DNA from: Candidatus Syntropharchaeum sp.
GTDB lineage: Archaea; Halobacteriota; Syntropharchaeia; Syntropharchaeales; Syntropharchaeaceae
Reading direction: 5' to 3'
Length of the DNA: 64,000 nt
Assembly (NCBI GenBank): GCA_026134025.1
Contig: JAOQII010000005.1
Span: 594-64,593, forward strand
Part shown: positions 18,598-28,012 of the stretch, one piece after another
Layout: the number at the start of each line of letters is the position of its first letter
Numbering within the stretch: the first letter of the stretch is position 1
Position numbers and translations under genes: made by a program
Notes under the pieces: generated by a model
Told to the model about the DNA's origin: nothing
Databases searched by the model: none
Seen by the model: the letters and a program-made list of their open reading frames with translations, nothing else

Positions 18598-19888
18598 AAT
18601 AAAGTATTAACGGCAAAAGAAGCACGCCCATCGCATGGATTCTTCTAACACCCGCAAATGTTGGTATCATCCCAATTGTGATTGCCGTGAGAAATAAAAT
18701 AAGCCCAAATGTGCCTGATGATAGAATAACGAGTAGCGCGAGTAGAATAAGTATCGAGAGTGAGATATGGAGGTAATTGATCTTCTGGATGAGTTTTGGA
18801 ACAAGCCTGCCGAGCTGTATCGTTGTGATGTAGGATAAAAGTGATACGAGAAGTATTATTATGAGAAAAAGGTTTATTGTATCCACTGTCCACAAAGAAG
18901 GATCAACTACACCCTCTATCGCAACCATCGCACCGCTTCTTGGTCGATTTATTGTATAAAGAGCGATCAGTGCGAAGAGTGCGTTCGCGGTATTGACACC
19001 TGAGATCGAGAGTATGAACTCTTCATTTGATCCAGCCCTCTGACCCTCTTTTATGAGAATTCGCGATAGGAGTGTTGCGATAGCCGACGAGATCCCTGGC
19101 AGGAAGGCAACGATGCTACCTGCAAGACTTCCACCTGTTACACCCCTCAGAATCCGCCACCCTGGAAGGCTGAATCCGCCACGCTTCTGTGGAGGGATCG
19201 TTGTATGCGTGAGAATACTTATCACAAGCATCGATGCCCCAAAAAGTCCTGAAAAGAGCGGAAAGAGGACAGATGTCTCCATCCATCCAAGAATCGGATC
19301 TATTAACGGCTCACGCTCGAATGCGAGGATGCCTAAAATCCCTGAAAGGGCAAAAACTGCGATAGCATACGTCCTGTATCGCCATACAGCCAGTGACCCC
19401 TGTCCTTCTACAGTCACACCCCGTTCTGTGAGTATCATGATGAGAACGATTGTTATCAGGATCAGACCCATCTGATCGTATATGAGGGCATAGAAGTGTT
19501 TGAATAGGAAAAATAGTGGTACGAGGAATATCAGCGAGAGGATGATCGATGATGCACTCCCAAAAGCAGAAAGCCTTATTGCTTCCTCTCCTCTTCCTTC
19601 AAGCATCAGATGGTGGCCTGGCAGGACTGCGAGGGCTGTATCAGGTTCAGGCGCCCCAAGAAATATCGATGGGATAATATCAAGGAAGGTATGCGTTATC
19701 GAGTTTGTAAGGATGATCACAACGATATAAATCGACCCAATCCCAAAACCCTCTAAAAACGGAGCCGACGCTGCGAGAAGAAGTGCAAAGTTGTTTGTGT
19801 GAATCCCTGGTGTTAACCCCGAGATTACACCGAGAAGATAGCCTGCAAGTATCGATGATATCAGAAGGAGAATTGAGATATCCTGCAC
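18584..19888 (-). CDS. TctA-family (tripartite tricarboxylate transporter) permease, archaeal type
   Basis: GLTPGIHTN, HTFLDIIPSIFLGAP, VLPGH, PRSGA; many TM helices. Confidence 0.85.
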   Translation of the reverse strand: MQDISILLLISSILAGYLLGVISGLTPGIHTNNFALLLAASAPFLEGFGIGSIYIVVIILTNSITHTFLDIIPSIFLGAPEPDTALAVLPGHHLMLEGRGEEAIRLSAFGSASSIILSLIFLVPLFFLFKHFYALIYDQMGLILITIVLIMILTERGVTVEGQGSLAVWRYRTYAIAVFALSGILGILAFEREPLIDPILGWMETSVLFPLFSGLFGASMLVISILTHTTIPPQKRGGFSLPGWRILRGVTGGSLAGSIVAFLPGISSAIATLLSRILIKEGQRAGSNEEFILSISGVNTANALFALIALYTINRPRSGAMVAIEGVVDPSLWTVDTINLFLIIILLVSLLSYITTIQLGRLVPKLIQKINYLHISLSILILLALLVILSSGTFGLILFLTAITIGMIPTFAGVRRIHAMGVLLLPLILYFIGF

Positions 19889-19904
19889 GGTTCTACTTGA
19901 TCTG

Positions 19905-19970
19905 GGTGTATTTAAGGTTTAAGTTTTACCATTCTGTTGATGCTGTAAATACACCTCTGTAAATACACCT
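19905..19970. promoter_or_regulatory. Three copies of TAAATACACC in the divergent tctA/hppA promoter
   Basis: Tandem CTGTAAATACACCT at 19943-19956 and 19957-19970, plus inverted GGTGTATTTA at 19905-19914. Confidence 0.5.
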
Positions 19971-20023
19971 TAAAGAGTAAACTATATAATACCCATCGTT
20001 AGATTGAATTAAGAGGGTTTATT

Positions 20024-22027
20024 ATGGATATTGTAATAATAACTACGGTCATCGGTTTAATCGCATTGATCGCTGCAGGAGTCCTATCATTTGGCGTGTT
20101 AAAAAAAGAGAAGGGATCTGAGGAGATGGTCAGGATCTCTGATGCGATACACGTCGGCGCGATGGCGTACCTGAATCGCCAGTATAAAACGATCGGTGCG
20201 CTTGCCGTTATCCTTTTTGTAATTCTTTATTTTGCGATAAACTCGCAAACAGCGATTGCTTTCGCTGCAGGAGCAGTTTTATCAGCTCTTGCAGGATATA
20301 TCGGGATGAATATATCGGTTAGGGCGAATGTTAGAACCGCGAATGCTGCCAAGAATGGTTTAAAAGATGCACTCACGATCGCTTTCAAGGGAGGGGCGGT
20401 GACAGGCTTATGTGTTGCAGGGCTTTCGCTTGCAGGTGTCAGTCTCTTCTACTACATATACCGCGATCCGATCCTTGTTGTCGGCTTTGGGTTTGGAGCA
20501 TGTCTTATCAGTCTATTTGCCAGGATCGGTGGTGGAATATATACAAAAGCCGCTGATGTGGGGGCAGACCTTGTTGGGAAGATCGAAGCAGGGATTCCGG
20601 AGGATGATCCCAGAAATCCAGCCGTGATCGCTGATAATGTCGGTGACAATGTCGGAGATTGTGCTGGTATGGGAGCAGATCTATTTGAGACGTATGCAGT
20701 GACCGCGATCGGGGCGATGCTTCTTGGAGATTTGCTGTACCCGGGTTTAGAAGCTTATATCCTGTATCCACTCGTTCTCGGGGCGGTCGCGATAATAGCT
20801 TCAATAATTGGTATCTTTTTTGTGAGGCTCGGTAAGCGCGAGAATATAATGGCAGCACTCTACAAGGGACTTCTCGCTTCAGGTGTGCTTGCCGCGATCG
20901 GGTTCTATTTTGTGACATCGTGGTTAATTCCTGCTGAAGATGTATCTGGATTATTCATTGCGACATTACTTGGTCTTTTGATCGCGATTATACTCTTTGT
21001 AATCACAGAATACTACACCTCAACGGGTTTTAATCCCGTGGTCAAGCTTGCAGAGTCTGCCCAGAGTGGTTCAGCAGTTACAATCATAAACGGGCTTGCA
21101 CTTGGGTTCGAAGCTACTGCATTGCCTGTCCTGATTATATGCGGTGGTATAATTGGATCATTCTATTTTGGTGGGGGGCTTTACGGTATTGCGATCGCTG
21201 CGATGGGCATGATCTCACTTACAGGTGTGATTATCGCACTCGACTCGTACGGTCCGATCACCGATAACGCGGGTGGCATCGCCGAGATGACAAACCTCCA
21301 CGAGGATGTGCGAAAGGTGACAGATGCGCTGGATGCGGTTGGAAACACGACAAAGGCGGTTACAAAGGCATTTGCGATAGGTTCTGCAGGACTTGCTGCG
21401 GTGACGCTCTTTGTGGCTTATGTCCAGGAACTTGAGAATGTTGGGTTAAATCTCATATTTGAGCTTCAGGATCCGCTCGTTGTGGTGGGACTTCTGATCG
21501 GTGGACTTATACCATTTTTATTCTCTGCAAGGTGCCTGAAAGCTGTCGGAAATGCCGCATTTGATGTGGTCGATGAGGTCAGGCGACAGTTTAGAGAGAT
21601 AGAGGGAATAATGGAAGGAACTGGAAAACCAGATTATGCAAGGTGTGTAGATCTCGTGACAAGAGCTGCGTTGAGGGAATTTGTGGTTCCTGGTGCGATT
21701 GCTGTCATCTCACCAATTCTTGTTGGGTTCATACTCGGACCTGTGGCACTCGGTGGACTGCTTCTCGGCTCGATCATTACAGGGCTTCTTCTTGCACTTC
21801 ACATGGCAACAGCAGGTGCTGCATGGGATAACGCAAAGAAATACGTGGAGGACGGACATCTCGGAGGAAAAGGATCGGATACGCATAAAGCCACGGTTGT
21901 TGGCGATACAGTTGGAGATCCATACAAAGATACAGCAGGTCCTGCCATAAATCCGCTGATAAAGGTTATGAACACCCTTGCCCTACTTATGGCAGGCGTG
22001 ATTGGATCAGGTTTGATCCTCATGTGA
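20024..22027 (+). CDS. hppA: Membrane ion-translocating pyrophosphatase (K+-independent type)
   Basis: [41 protein letters not shown] (Lys variant), [10 protein letters not shown]. Confidence 0.95.
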   Translation: MDIVIITTVIGLIALIAAGVLSFGVLKKEKGSEEMVRISDAIHVGAMAYLNRQYKTIGALAVILFVILYFAINSQTAIAFAAGAVLSALAGYIGMNISVRANVRTANAAKNGLKDALTIAFKGGAVTGLCVAGLSLAGVSLFYYIYRDPILVVGFGFGACLISLFARIGGGIYTKAADVGADLVGKIEAGIPEDDPRNPAVIADNVGDNVGDCAGMGADLFETYAVTAIGAMLLGDLLYPGLEAYILYPLVLGAVAIIASIIGIFFVRLGKRENIMAALYKGLLASGVLAAIGFYFVTSWLIPAEDVSGLFIATLLGLLIAIILFVITEYYTSTGFNPVVKLAESAQSGSAVTIINGLALGFEATALPVLIICGGIIGSFYFGGGLYGIAIAAMGMISLTGVIIALDSYGPITDNAGGIAEMTNLHEDVRKVTDALDAVGNTTKAVTKAFAIGSAGLAAVTLFVAYVQELENVGLNLIFELQDPLVVVGLLIGGLIPFLFSARCLKAVGNAAFDVVDEVRRQFREIEGIMEGTGKPDYARCVDLVTRAALREFVVPGAIAVISPILVGFILGPVALGGLLLGSIITGLLLALHMATAGAAWDNAKKYVEDGHLGGKGSDTHKATVVGDTVGDPYKDTAGPAINPLIKVMNTLALLMAGVIGSGLILM

Positions 22028-22031
22028 GGAC

Positions 22032-22598
22032 GTGAAGATGTACTTCAAGACACGATTGATAAACACGGTAAGGGTTCCACCAGATCTTCTCGGATGTGAA
22101 CTGGATCTTGTGATAAAGGATCTCCTCTGCGAGAGTCTGGAGGGGAGGATCAATAAGAAACTTGGTATGATCGTGGTTATAATCAATCTTGTCGAGATCG
22201 GCGAGGGAAAGATTTTAACAGGGGACGGTGGAATCTATTATGAAACGACATTTGATGCACTCGTTTACAGGCCTCAGATACAGGAGCTTGTCAAGGGGAG
22301 GGTTGTTGAGATTGTAAACTTTGGAGCGTTCGTTGAGATAGGACCAATGGATGGGCTTGTACACGTCAGCCAGATCTCTGATGATTTCATATCGTACGAT
22401 GAGAAGAACGGGCGTCTTGTATGCCGGGAGAGTAACAGAGCGATTTCTGTGGGAGACGGTCTCATGGCACGTATCGTCGCAGTGAGCCTGAACGAGACAG
22501 ACCCGGGCGAGAGTAAGATCGGACTTACGATGCGGCAACCAGCACTCGGCAAGTTTGAATGGATAGAAGAAGATAGAAGGAGAGCTGAGAGTGACTGA
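22032..22598 (+). CDS. rpoE1: RNA polymerase subunit E' (Rpo7)
   Basis: FGAFVEIGPMDGLVHVSQI S1 domain, KIGLTMRQPALGK. Confidence 0.95.
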   Translation: MKMYFKTRLINTVRVPPDLLGCELDLVIKDLLCESLEGRINKKLGMIVVIINLVEIGEGKILTGDGGIYYETTFDALVYRPQIQELVKGRVVEIVNFGAFVEIGPMDGLVHVSQISDDFISYDEKNGRLVCRESNRAISVGDGLMARIVAVSLNETDPGESKIGLTMRQPALGKFEWIEEDRRRAESD

Positions 22599-22782
22599 GC
22601 AGGCGTGTAGAGAATGTCACAGGGTCTTTGACAGGAAAGAGAGGTCAACCTGTATCTGTGGATCATCGTCTCTCAGTAATGACTGGTCTGGTTTTGCCAT
22701 AATCATCGATTGCAAGCGGTCAAAGATCGCAGAAAAGCTAAATATCGATCTGCCAGGTCACTATGCGCTGAAAGTGCGGTAG
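22591..22782 (+). CDS. spt4: Transcription elongation factor Spt4 (RpoE'')
   Basis: ACRECH...CICG zinc ribbon, SKIAEKLNI, PGHYALKVR. Confidence 0.93.
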   Translation: MTEQACRECHRVFDRKERSTCICGSSSLSNDWSGFAIIIDCKRSKIAEKLNIDLPGHYALKVR

Positions 22783-22789
22783 TTTTTAG

Positions 22790-24457
22790 ATGAGTGAGAT
22801 CCTTTTCATCGATTTTGCAGAAGTTTGCAGTAAGATAGAGGAGCTATCTGGATCAATCGCAATAACAGAGATTGTATCGGATTTTTTCAAATGCCTGGAT
22901 GACGATGAACTGTCTATAGCTTCTCATTTTATAATGGGGAAGGTATTTCCAGAGTGGAGTCCGTATGAGATGGGGGTTGGTCCAGGCCTCCTGTACGAAG
23001 CTGCAAAACTTGCATACACCGTGGGAAAAAACGAAATAAACGACATCCTCAGAAGTACGGGTGATATTGGAAGAACATTTCAAGAATTATCGAAGCGGCG
23101 TACGCAGCAGACGCTCTTTGTCGAGAAACTTACAATAAAGAGCGTCAATGCAAGTTTTGTTGAGATCGCAAAGAGAGAGGGAAAAGGGTCACAGAAGATG
23201 AAAATCCGATTGCTTGCTGACCTTTTTCTTCAGGCAACTCCTCTTGAGGCGCGATACCTTGCAAGGCTCGTTCTCGAGGAGTTGAGGATCGGGGTGGGCG
23301 AGGGGATCGTGAGAGATGCGATCGCAAGGGCTTTTGAAGTAGATGTTCGGCTTGTTGAGCGTGCACTGATGATTACAAACGATCCTGGCGTTGTTGCGAC
23401 ATTTTCAAGAAATTATGGTAACGATGGGCTTGAATCGGTGGAACTTTATCCGATGAGACCTGTCAAGATGATGCTTGCCCAGGTTGCAGAGGGGATCGAG
23501 GATGCACTCACACAGATCCCTTCGCCTGCCATTGAATGGAAGTTTGATGGAACACGGGTTCAGATTCATAAGTACGATGGCGAGATTAAGATATACTCGA
23601 GGAAACTTGAGAACGTGACAAAGTCCATCCCTGAGATTGTAGCGGTTGTGAAGCGTGAGTTCGTTGCAGATAGTGTGATCCTTGATGGAGAGGTGATAGC
23701 GATCGATGAAGATGGAAAGCCGAGACCTTTCCAGGATATTTTGCGGCGATTCAGGCGGAAGTACCGGGTTGAAGAGATGCAAAACTTAATTCCACTTCAT
23801 CTTCACATTTTTGATATACTCTACCTTGATGGAAGAACACTTATAGATCTCCCCTTAAGCGAGCGTCGCCAGATTCTTGAGAAAATTGCAGTTTCAGGTG
23901 ATGCACCGATCGCAGAACATTATCTTGTAGAAGACGTCAGTGCGATCGAGACGATCTACAATGAAGCGATCGATGCAGGTCATGAAGGCGTCATGGTGAA
24001 GAATCGGGATTCGAGATACACCCCTGGTAAGCGGGGGAAGAACTGGCTAAAGATTAAGCCGTTGATGGAGACACTTGATCTTGTGGTTGTTGGTGGAGAA
24101 TGGGGAGAGGGGAGACGGGCAAATTTAATCGGATCATACACACTCGCATGTCTTGACCCCGAGCGTGATAAACTCCTTAAAATCGGGCGTGTCGGGACAG
24201 GGCTAACGGATGAGAAGCTTCTTGAGTTCACAGAGATATTCTCTGATCTCGTAATAGGGGAGGATGGATCTGAGATTGTATTTAAGCCAGCGATCGTGTT
24301 TGAGCTGGCTTATGAAGAGATCCAGAAGAGCACGAAGTATGATTCAGGATACGCGCTGCGGTTCCCGAGAGTAATCAGGTTGAGGGAGGATAAGTCTGTG
24401 GAGGATGCAGATACGATCGAGCGGGTTGAACGTCTCTATAAAAAGAGGTTTGAATGA
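22790..24457 (+). CDS. lig: ATP-dependent DNA ligase
   Basis: EWKFDG, ILDGE, EGVMVK, WLKIK, LRFPR. Confidence 0.96.
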   Translation: MSEILFIDFAEVCSKIEELSGSIAITEIVSDFFKCLDDDELSIASHFIMGKVFPEWSPYEMGVGPGLLYEAAKLAYTVGKNEINDILRSTGDIGRTFQELSKRRTQQTLFVEKLTIKSVNASFVEIAKREGKGSQKMKIRLLADLFLQATPLEARYLARLVLEELRIGVGEGIVRDAIARAFEVDVRLVERALMITNDPGVVATFSRNYGNDGLESVELYPMRPVKMMLAQVAEGIEDALTQIPSPAIEWKFDGTRVQIHKYDGEIKIYSRKLENVTKSIPEIVAVVKREFVADSVILDGEVIAIDEDGKPRPFQDILRRFRRKYRVEEMQNLIPLHLHIFDILYLDGRTLIDLPLSERRQILEKIAVSGDAPIAEHYLVEDVSAIETIYNEAIDAGHEGVMVKNRDSRYTPGKRGKNWLKIKPLMETLDLVVVGGEWGEGRRANLIGSYTLACLDPERDKLLKIGRVGTGLTDEKLLEFTEIFSDLVIGEDGSEIVFKPAIVFELAYEEIQKSTKYDSGYALRFPRVIRLREDKSVEDADTIERVERLYKKRFE

Positions 24458-25125
24458 AGATACGAAGGCCTTATGTCGTGATGATCTCAGAGGTCACGGT
24501 GGATGGTAAGCTCACGCTCAAGCGCGGGATGTCAAGCAAGATCATCATGTCCGTGATGGATGAGGAGGCTGATATTTACCTCCACCGTGAGCGTGCAAGA
24601 TCAGATGCGATCATGGTTGGTTGCAACACAATAAAGATCGATAACTCATATCTCACGGTTAGGTATATCGAGGGAGCAAACCCGATAAGGGTGATACCCT
24701 GTAGTAATGCCGATCTACCGCTGGATTCAAATGTCCTGAAAGGGGATGCGCCGACGATAATAGCGGTCTCAGAAGCTGCAAAAGAGGAGAACGTTGAGCA
24801 TATCCGATCAATGGGAGTTGAAGTCTGGATTTGCGGTGAGAGAAAAGTTGATCTCGTGCTACTTCTTGAAAAACTCTTCGAGCGAGGTGTTAAAAGACTC
24901 ATGCTTGAGGGTGGTCCCACACTTGCGTGGGAGATGATCAATAAGAGGCTCATCGATGAGGTGAAGCTTATTCACATGCCTTTTATTGTTGGAGGCTGGG
25001 ATACACCAACGCTCTTTGGGGGCGAAGGTGTTGGTGAGCTAAATAAGGTAATCCATGCAGAGCTTGAGCGGTATTTTCTATGCGGGAAGCATCTCATAAC
25101 AGAGTACAGGGTGGTATATCAATGA
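24454..25125 (+). CDS. RibD C-terminal/dihydrofolate-reductase-fold reductase
   Basis: TVDGKL, DAIMVG, LTVR, LMLEGGPTL. Confidence 0.82.
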   Translation: MKIRRPYVVMISEVTVDGKLTLKRGMSSKIIMSVMDEEADIYLHRERARSDAIMVGCNTIKIDNSYLTVRYIEGANPIRVIPCSNADLPLDSNVLKGDAPTIIAVSEAAKEENVEHIRSMGVEVWICGERKVDLVLLLEKLFERGVKRLMLEGGPTLAWEMINKRLIDEVKLIHMPFIVGGWDTPTLFGGEGVGELNKVIHAELERYFLCGKHLITEYRVVYQ

Positions 25126-25718
25126 GTATAGAAGCAGGATTGAGAAGTGAAGTGGACAGAAAAGGTGATACAAGCTTGAAGATCGCATGGGGAATCACGG
25201 GAAGTGGAGATAGGATAGAAGAGACCGTCGAGTTTATGGAACAGATAAAGGAGAGGTACAATCTTGATATAGTTCCCTATGCATCGAAGGAGGGGGAGGT
25301 AGTCTTAAAATTCTACAAGCTTCTAAATAGAGTTAAGGAAGGTTTTCCAGGATATAAAGTTGAGCGAAGTTCAAACGCCCCATTTCTTGCAGCAAAACTC
25401 CAGATGGGTGAGTATGACCTCTTTATAATCTGTCCTGCGACCGCAAATACCGTTGCAAAGATCGCACACGGGATCGCAGACTCCCTCCTATCAAACTCTG
25501 CTGCTCAGGCGATGAAAGTGGGAGTTCCTGTCTACATTTATCCGGTTGATCAGAAGGTGGGAGAGATGACAACGATCCTGCCTGACGGGCGGGAGATGAA
25601 GCTCAAGATACGGGAAGAAGATGTTAAAAATACCGATGCACTCCGCGATATGGAAGGGATGACGGTATTAAATACGATCGATGAGATAGAAGGAGTTGTT
25701 TCAGAATGGAAGAAGTGA
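25122..25718 (+). CDS. afpA: Archaeoflavoprotein AfpA family flavoprotein
   Basis: IAWGITGSGD, NAPFLA, PATANTVAKIAHGIADSL, PVD; ATG at 25122 overlaps the upstream stop. Confidence 0.85.
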   Translation: MSIEAGLRSEVDRKGDTSLKIAWGITGSGDRIEETVEFMEQIKERYNLDIVPYASKEGEVVLKFYKLLNRVKEGFPGYKVERSSNAPFLAAKLQMGEYDLFIICPATANTVAKIAHGIADSLLSNSAAQAMKVGVPVYIYPVDQKVGEMTTILPDGREMKLKIREEDVKNTDALRDMEGMTVLNTIDEIEGVVSEWKK

Positions 25719-25720
25719 AG

Positions 25721-26596
25721 ATGGAAACGGCAGAGGTTGAGGGAAGAGCTGTTCAGTGGGATCCGACACAGCTTCGGAAGATACAATCGCACCCATGTTT
25801 CAGCAAAGAGGCGATGCACCTTTTTGGAAGGATACATCTACCTGTCGCACCAAAATGTAATATCCAGTGTAATTACTGTGTTCGTAAGTTTGATTGTGTG
25901 AATGAGTCGCGACCAGGTGTTACAAGCACAATCTTAACGCCAGAGGAGGCTGTTCATCGAGTAAGAGAGGTTATCAAGGAGCACCATTACATAAAGGTCG
26001 TTGGGGTTGCAGGGCCTGGTGAGCCGCTCTTCAATGAGGAGACCTTTGAGACGTTCAGGCTCGTTAAGGATGAGTTTCCACAGCTTCTCAGGTGCATCAG
26101 CACAAACGGACTTCTTCTTCCAGAACGAATCGAGGATCTTGATGAGATCGGTATAAGCACGGTCACAGTCACGATGAACGCCGTAGATCCCACGATCGGT
26201 GAAAAAATATACACATTCGTTGAGTATGAAGGAAAAAGATACAGAGGAAGGGAGGCAGCAGAGATCCTCCTTGAAAACCAGCTTAAGGGGATAGAAGAGG
26301 CTTTGAAGCGGAAGATGATCGTCAAGGTGAATACTGTTTTAATACCGACTGTAAATGAAGATCACATCGTAGAAGTTGCAAAGAAGGTCGGTGAGATGGG
26401 TGTATACCTGCAGAATGTCCTTCCCCTGATCCCACAGTATAAGTTCAAGGATATCACACCGCCAGGCCCTGCTGATAAGAAGCGGATTCAGGATGCCTGT
26501 GAGCCTTATGTCAGGCAGATGACGCATTGCAGGCAGTGTCGGGCTGATGCGATCGGAAAACTCGGAAAGGATCTTAAGGGATGCTGGGAGAAGTAG
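25721..26596 (+). CDS. nifB: Stand-alone NifB radical SAM protein
   Basis: HPC, CNIQCNYC, ESRPG, AGPGE and CRQCRADA NifB motifs; no NifX domain. Confidence 0.92.
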   Translation: METAEVEGRAVQWDPTQLRKIQSHPCFSKEAMHLFGRIHLPVAPKCNIQCNYCVRKFDCVNESRPGVTSTILTPEEAVHRVREVIKEHHYIKVVGVAGPGEPLFNEETFETFRLVKDEFPQLLRCISTNGLLLPERIEDLDEIGISTVTVTMNAVDPTIGEKIYTFVEYEGKRYRGREAAEILLENQLKGIEEALKRKMIVKVNTVLIPTVNEDHIVEVAKKVGEMGVYLQNVLPLIPQYKFKDITPPGPADKKRIQDACEPYVRQMTHCRQCRADAIGKLGKDLKGCWEK

Positions 26597-26674
26597 AAAA
26601 CTGAGATCCCTTCTCAAAAGAAAGTATTCTCAATACCGAAAACTTTATGGAGAGAAAGGTTACATTCAATCATT

Positions 26675-28009
26675 ATGAATGATGCGGATCAGGTCACGAT
26701 ATACAACGATAGAGGAGATCCTCTTGCAGAAGATATACCGATTGATGCACTGAGCCCATACCGGAATCAGGCTATCAGAGCGATCCTCCATACATTGAAG
26801 CGTACCGCTATAATCGATTTAAACAAGCTTGAGACCTCACTGAGAAATGGCAGTGTGGGAAATACAATGGCTATCGGTGGTGAATGCAGGATACCGGGCA
26901 GAGAAGTTGATCTACCGATCAAGGAACATGCTGATTCTATCGCGGATCGGGTGCTTGGGATGCTCAGGGTCTCGGATGATGATGACGCAATGGTTGAGCG
27001 GCTCGATTCCTTACTCATCGTCCAGATACCGTCTCTCGTTGTTGCAACTGGAACAGGATACACGCAGGCATATTTGCTTCCAGCAACCGCGCTTGCCCAT
27101 GCGATCATCGATGAGTTCGATCTCGGGATATTCGATGGTGTGGATATGATCAAATCCGCGATCATGGGCAGGTACCCACAGACCATTGAACCATCAGGTG
27201 GGGCAGTCTCGATGCTCATCTCGTTTCCTTCGAGTGTCGAGGGGGCAGGGGTTGGGTACCGATCACTCTCTGTCAATACGATCGTTGCTTTAACCCACAG
27301 AAGGACCTTTGATGCGGTTGCCTTAAGTTCGGTACTTGAGCATGCAGCAGCGTTTGAGTCGGGTGCCGCGATGGGTCCCTACAGGCGTTATCATCTCATG
27401 GGCATGGCTTATCAGGGATTCAACGCAGGGAATATGGTCTATGAACTTGTGCGAGATCATGGAAAGGGTACAGTTGTTGATATCATCGAGGATGTTATCG
27501 CTCGTTCGATCGAAGATCGTGTGATCAAACTTGAGAAAGAGCTCCCCTCAGGGTATGGTATGTACTCGGCATCTGATGCATCGATGTGGAACGCTTATGC
27601 ATCTGCAGGCCTTCTTGCTACAGCGATCCAGAACGCAGGTGCATCAAGATCTGCTCAGGGTACGCCGTCTGCGATGCAGTTCTACGCCGATCTTCTTGCG
27701 ATGGCAACATCCCTACCTGAAGTTGATTTTGGAAAGGTGATCGGGACCGCGATGGTCTTCAACTGGCTAACGCATAATTCTTATGGGGGTGGTGAGGTCG
27801 GGATCTTCTCTGGTGAGCATGTGGTAACCAAAGGCTCGAAGGGCTTTATAATGCCGTGTGCCGCTGCTTCGATGTGTCTCGATGCTGGTACGATGATGTA
27901 TATGCCAGAGGTCACATCAAAGAATATGTTCAAGCTTACAGAGGTTCTTCCAAGCCTACAGGATCCATTTTCACGGATTGCAGAGGCTGCAAAGGAGATT
28001 GGGGGTTAA
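26675..28009 (+). CDS. mcrB: Alkyl/methyl-coenzyme M reductase beta subunit (divergent)
   Basis: ALSPYRN, GRYPQT, MAYQGFNA, WNAYASAG, THNSYGGG, SKGFIMP, LDAGT. Confidence 0.95.
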   Translation: MNDADQVTIYNDRGDPLAEDIPIDALSPYRNQAIRAILHTLKRTAIIDLNKLETSLRNGSVGNTMAIGGECRIPGREVDLPIKEHADSIADRVLGMLRVSDDDDAMVERLDSLLIVQIPSLVVATGTGYTQAYLLPATALAHAIIDEFDLGIFDGVDMIKSAIMGRYPQTIEPSGGAVSMLISFPSSVEGAGVGYRSLSVNTIVALTHRRTFDAVALSSVLEHAAAFESGAAMGPYRRYHLMGMAYQGFNAGNMVYELVRDHGKGTVVDIIEDVIARSIEDRVIKLEKELPSGYGMYSASDASMWNAYASAGLLATAIQNAGASRSAQGTPSAMQFYADLLAMATSLPEVDFGKVIGTAMVFNWLTHNSYGGGEVGIFSGEHVVTKGSKGFIMPCAAASMCLDAGTMMYMPEVTSKNMFKLTEVLPSLQDPFSRIAEAAKEIGG

Positions 28010-28012
28010 AGC

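Noticed and set aside
26600-26640. Two short palindromes upstream of mcrB (TGAGA-N5-TCTCA, GTATT-N3-AATAC)
   Set aside because: 5-bp arms are too short to support an operator call without comparative data
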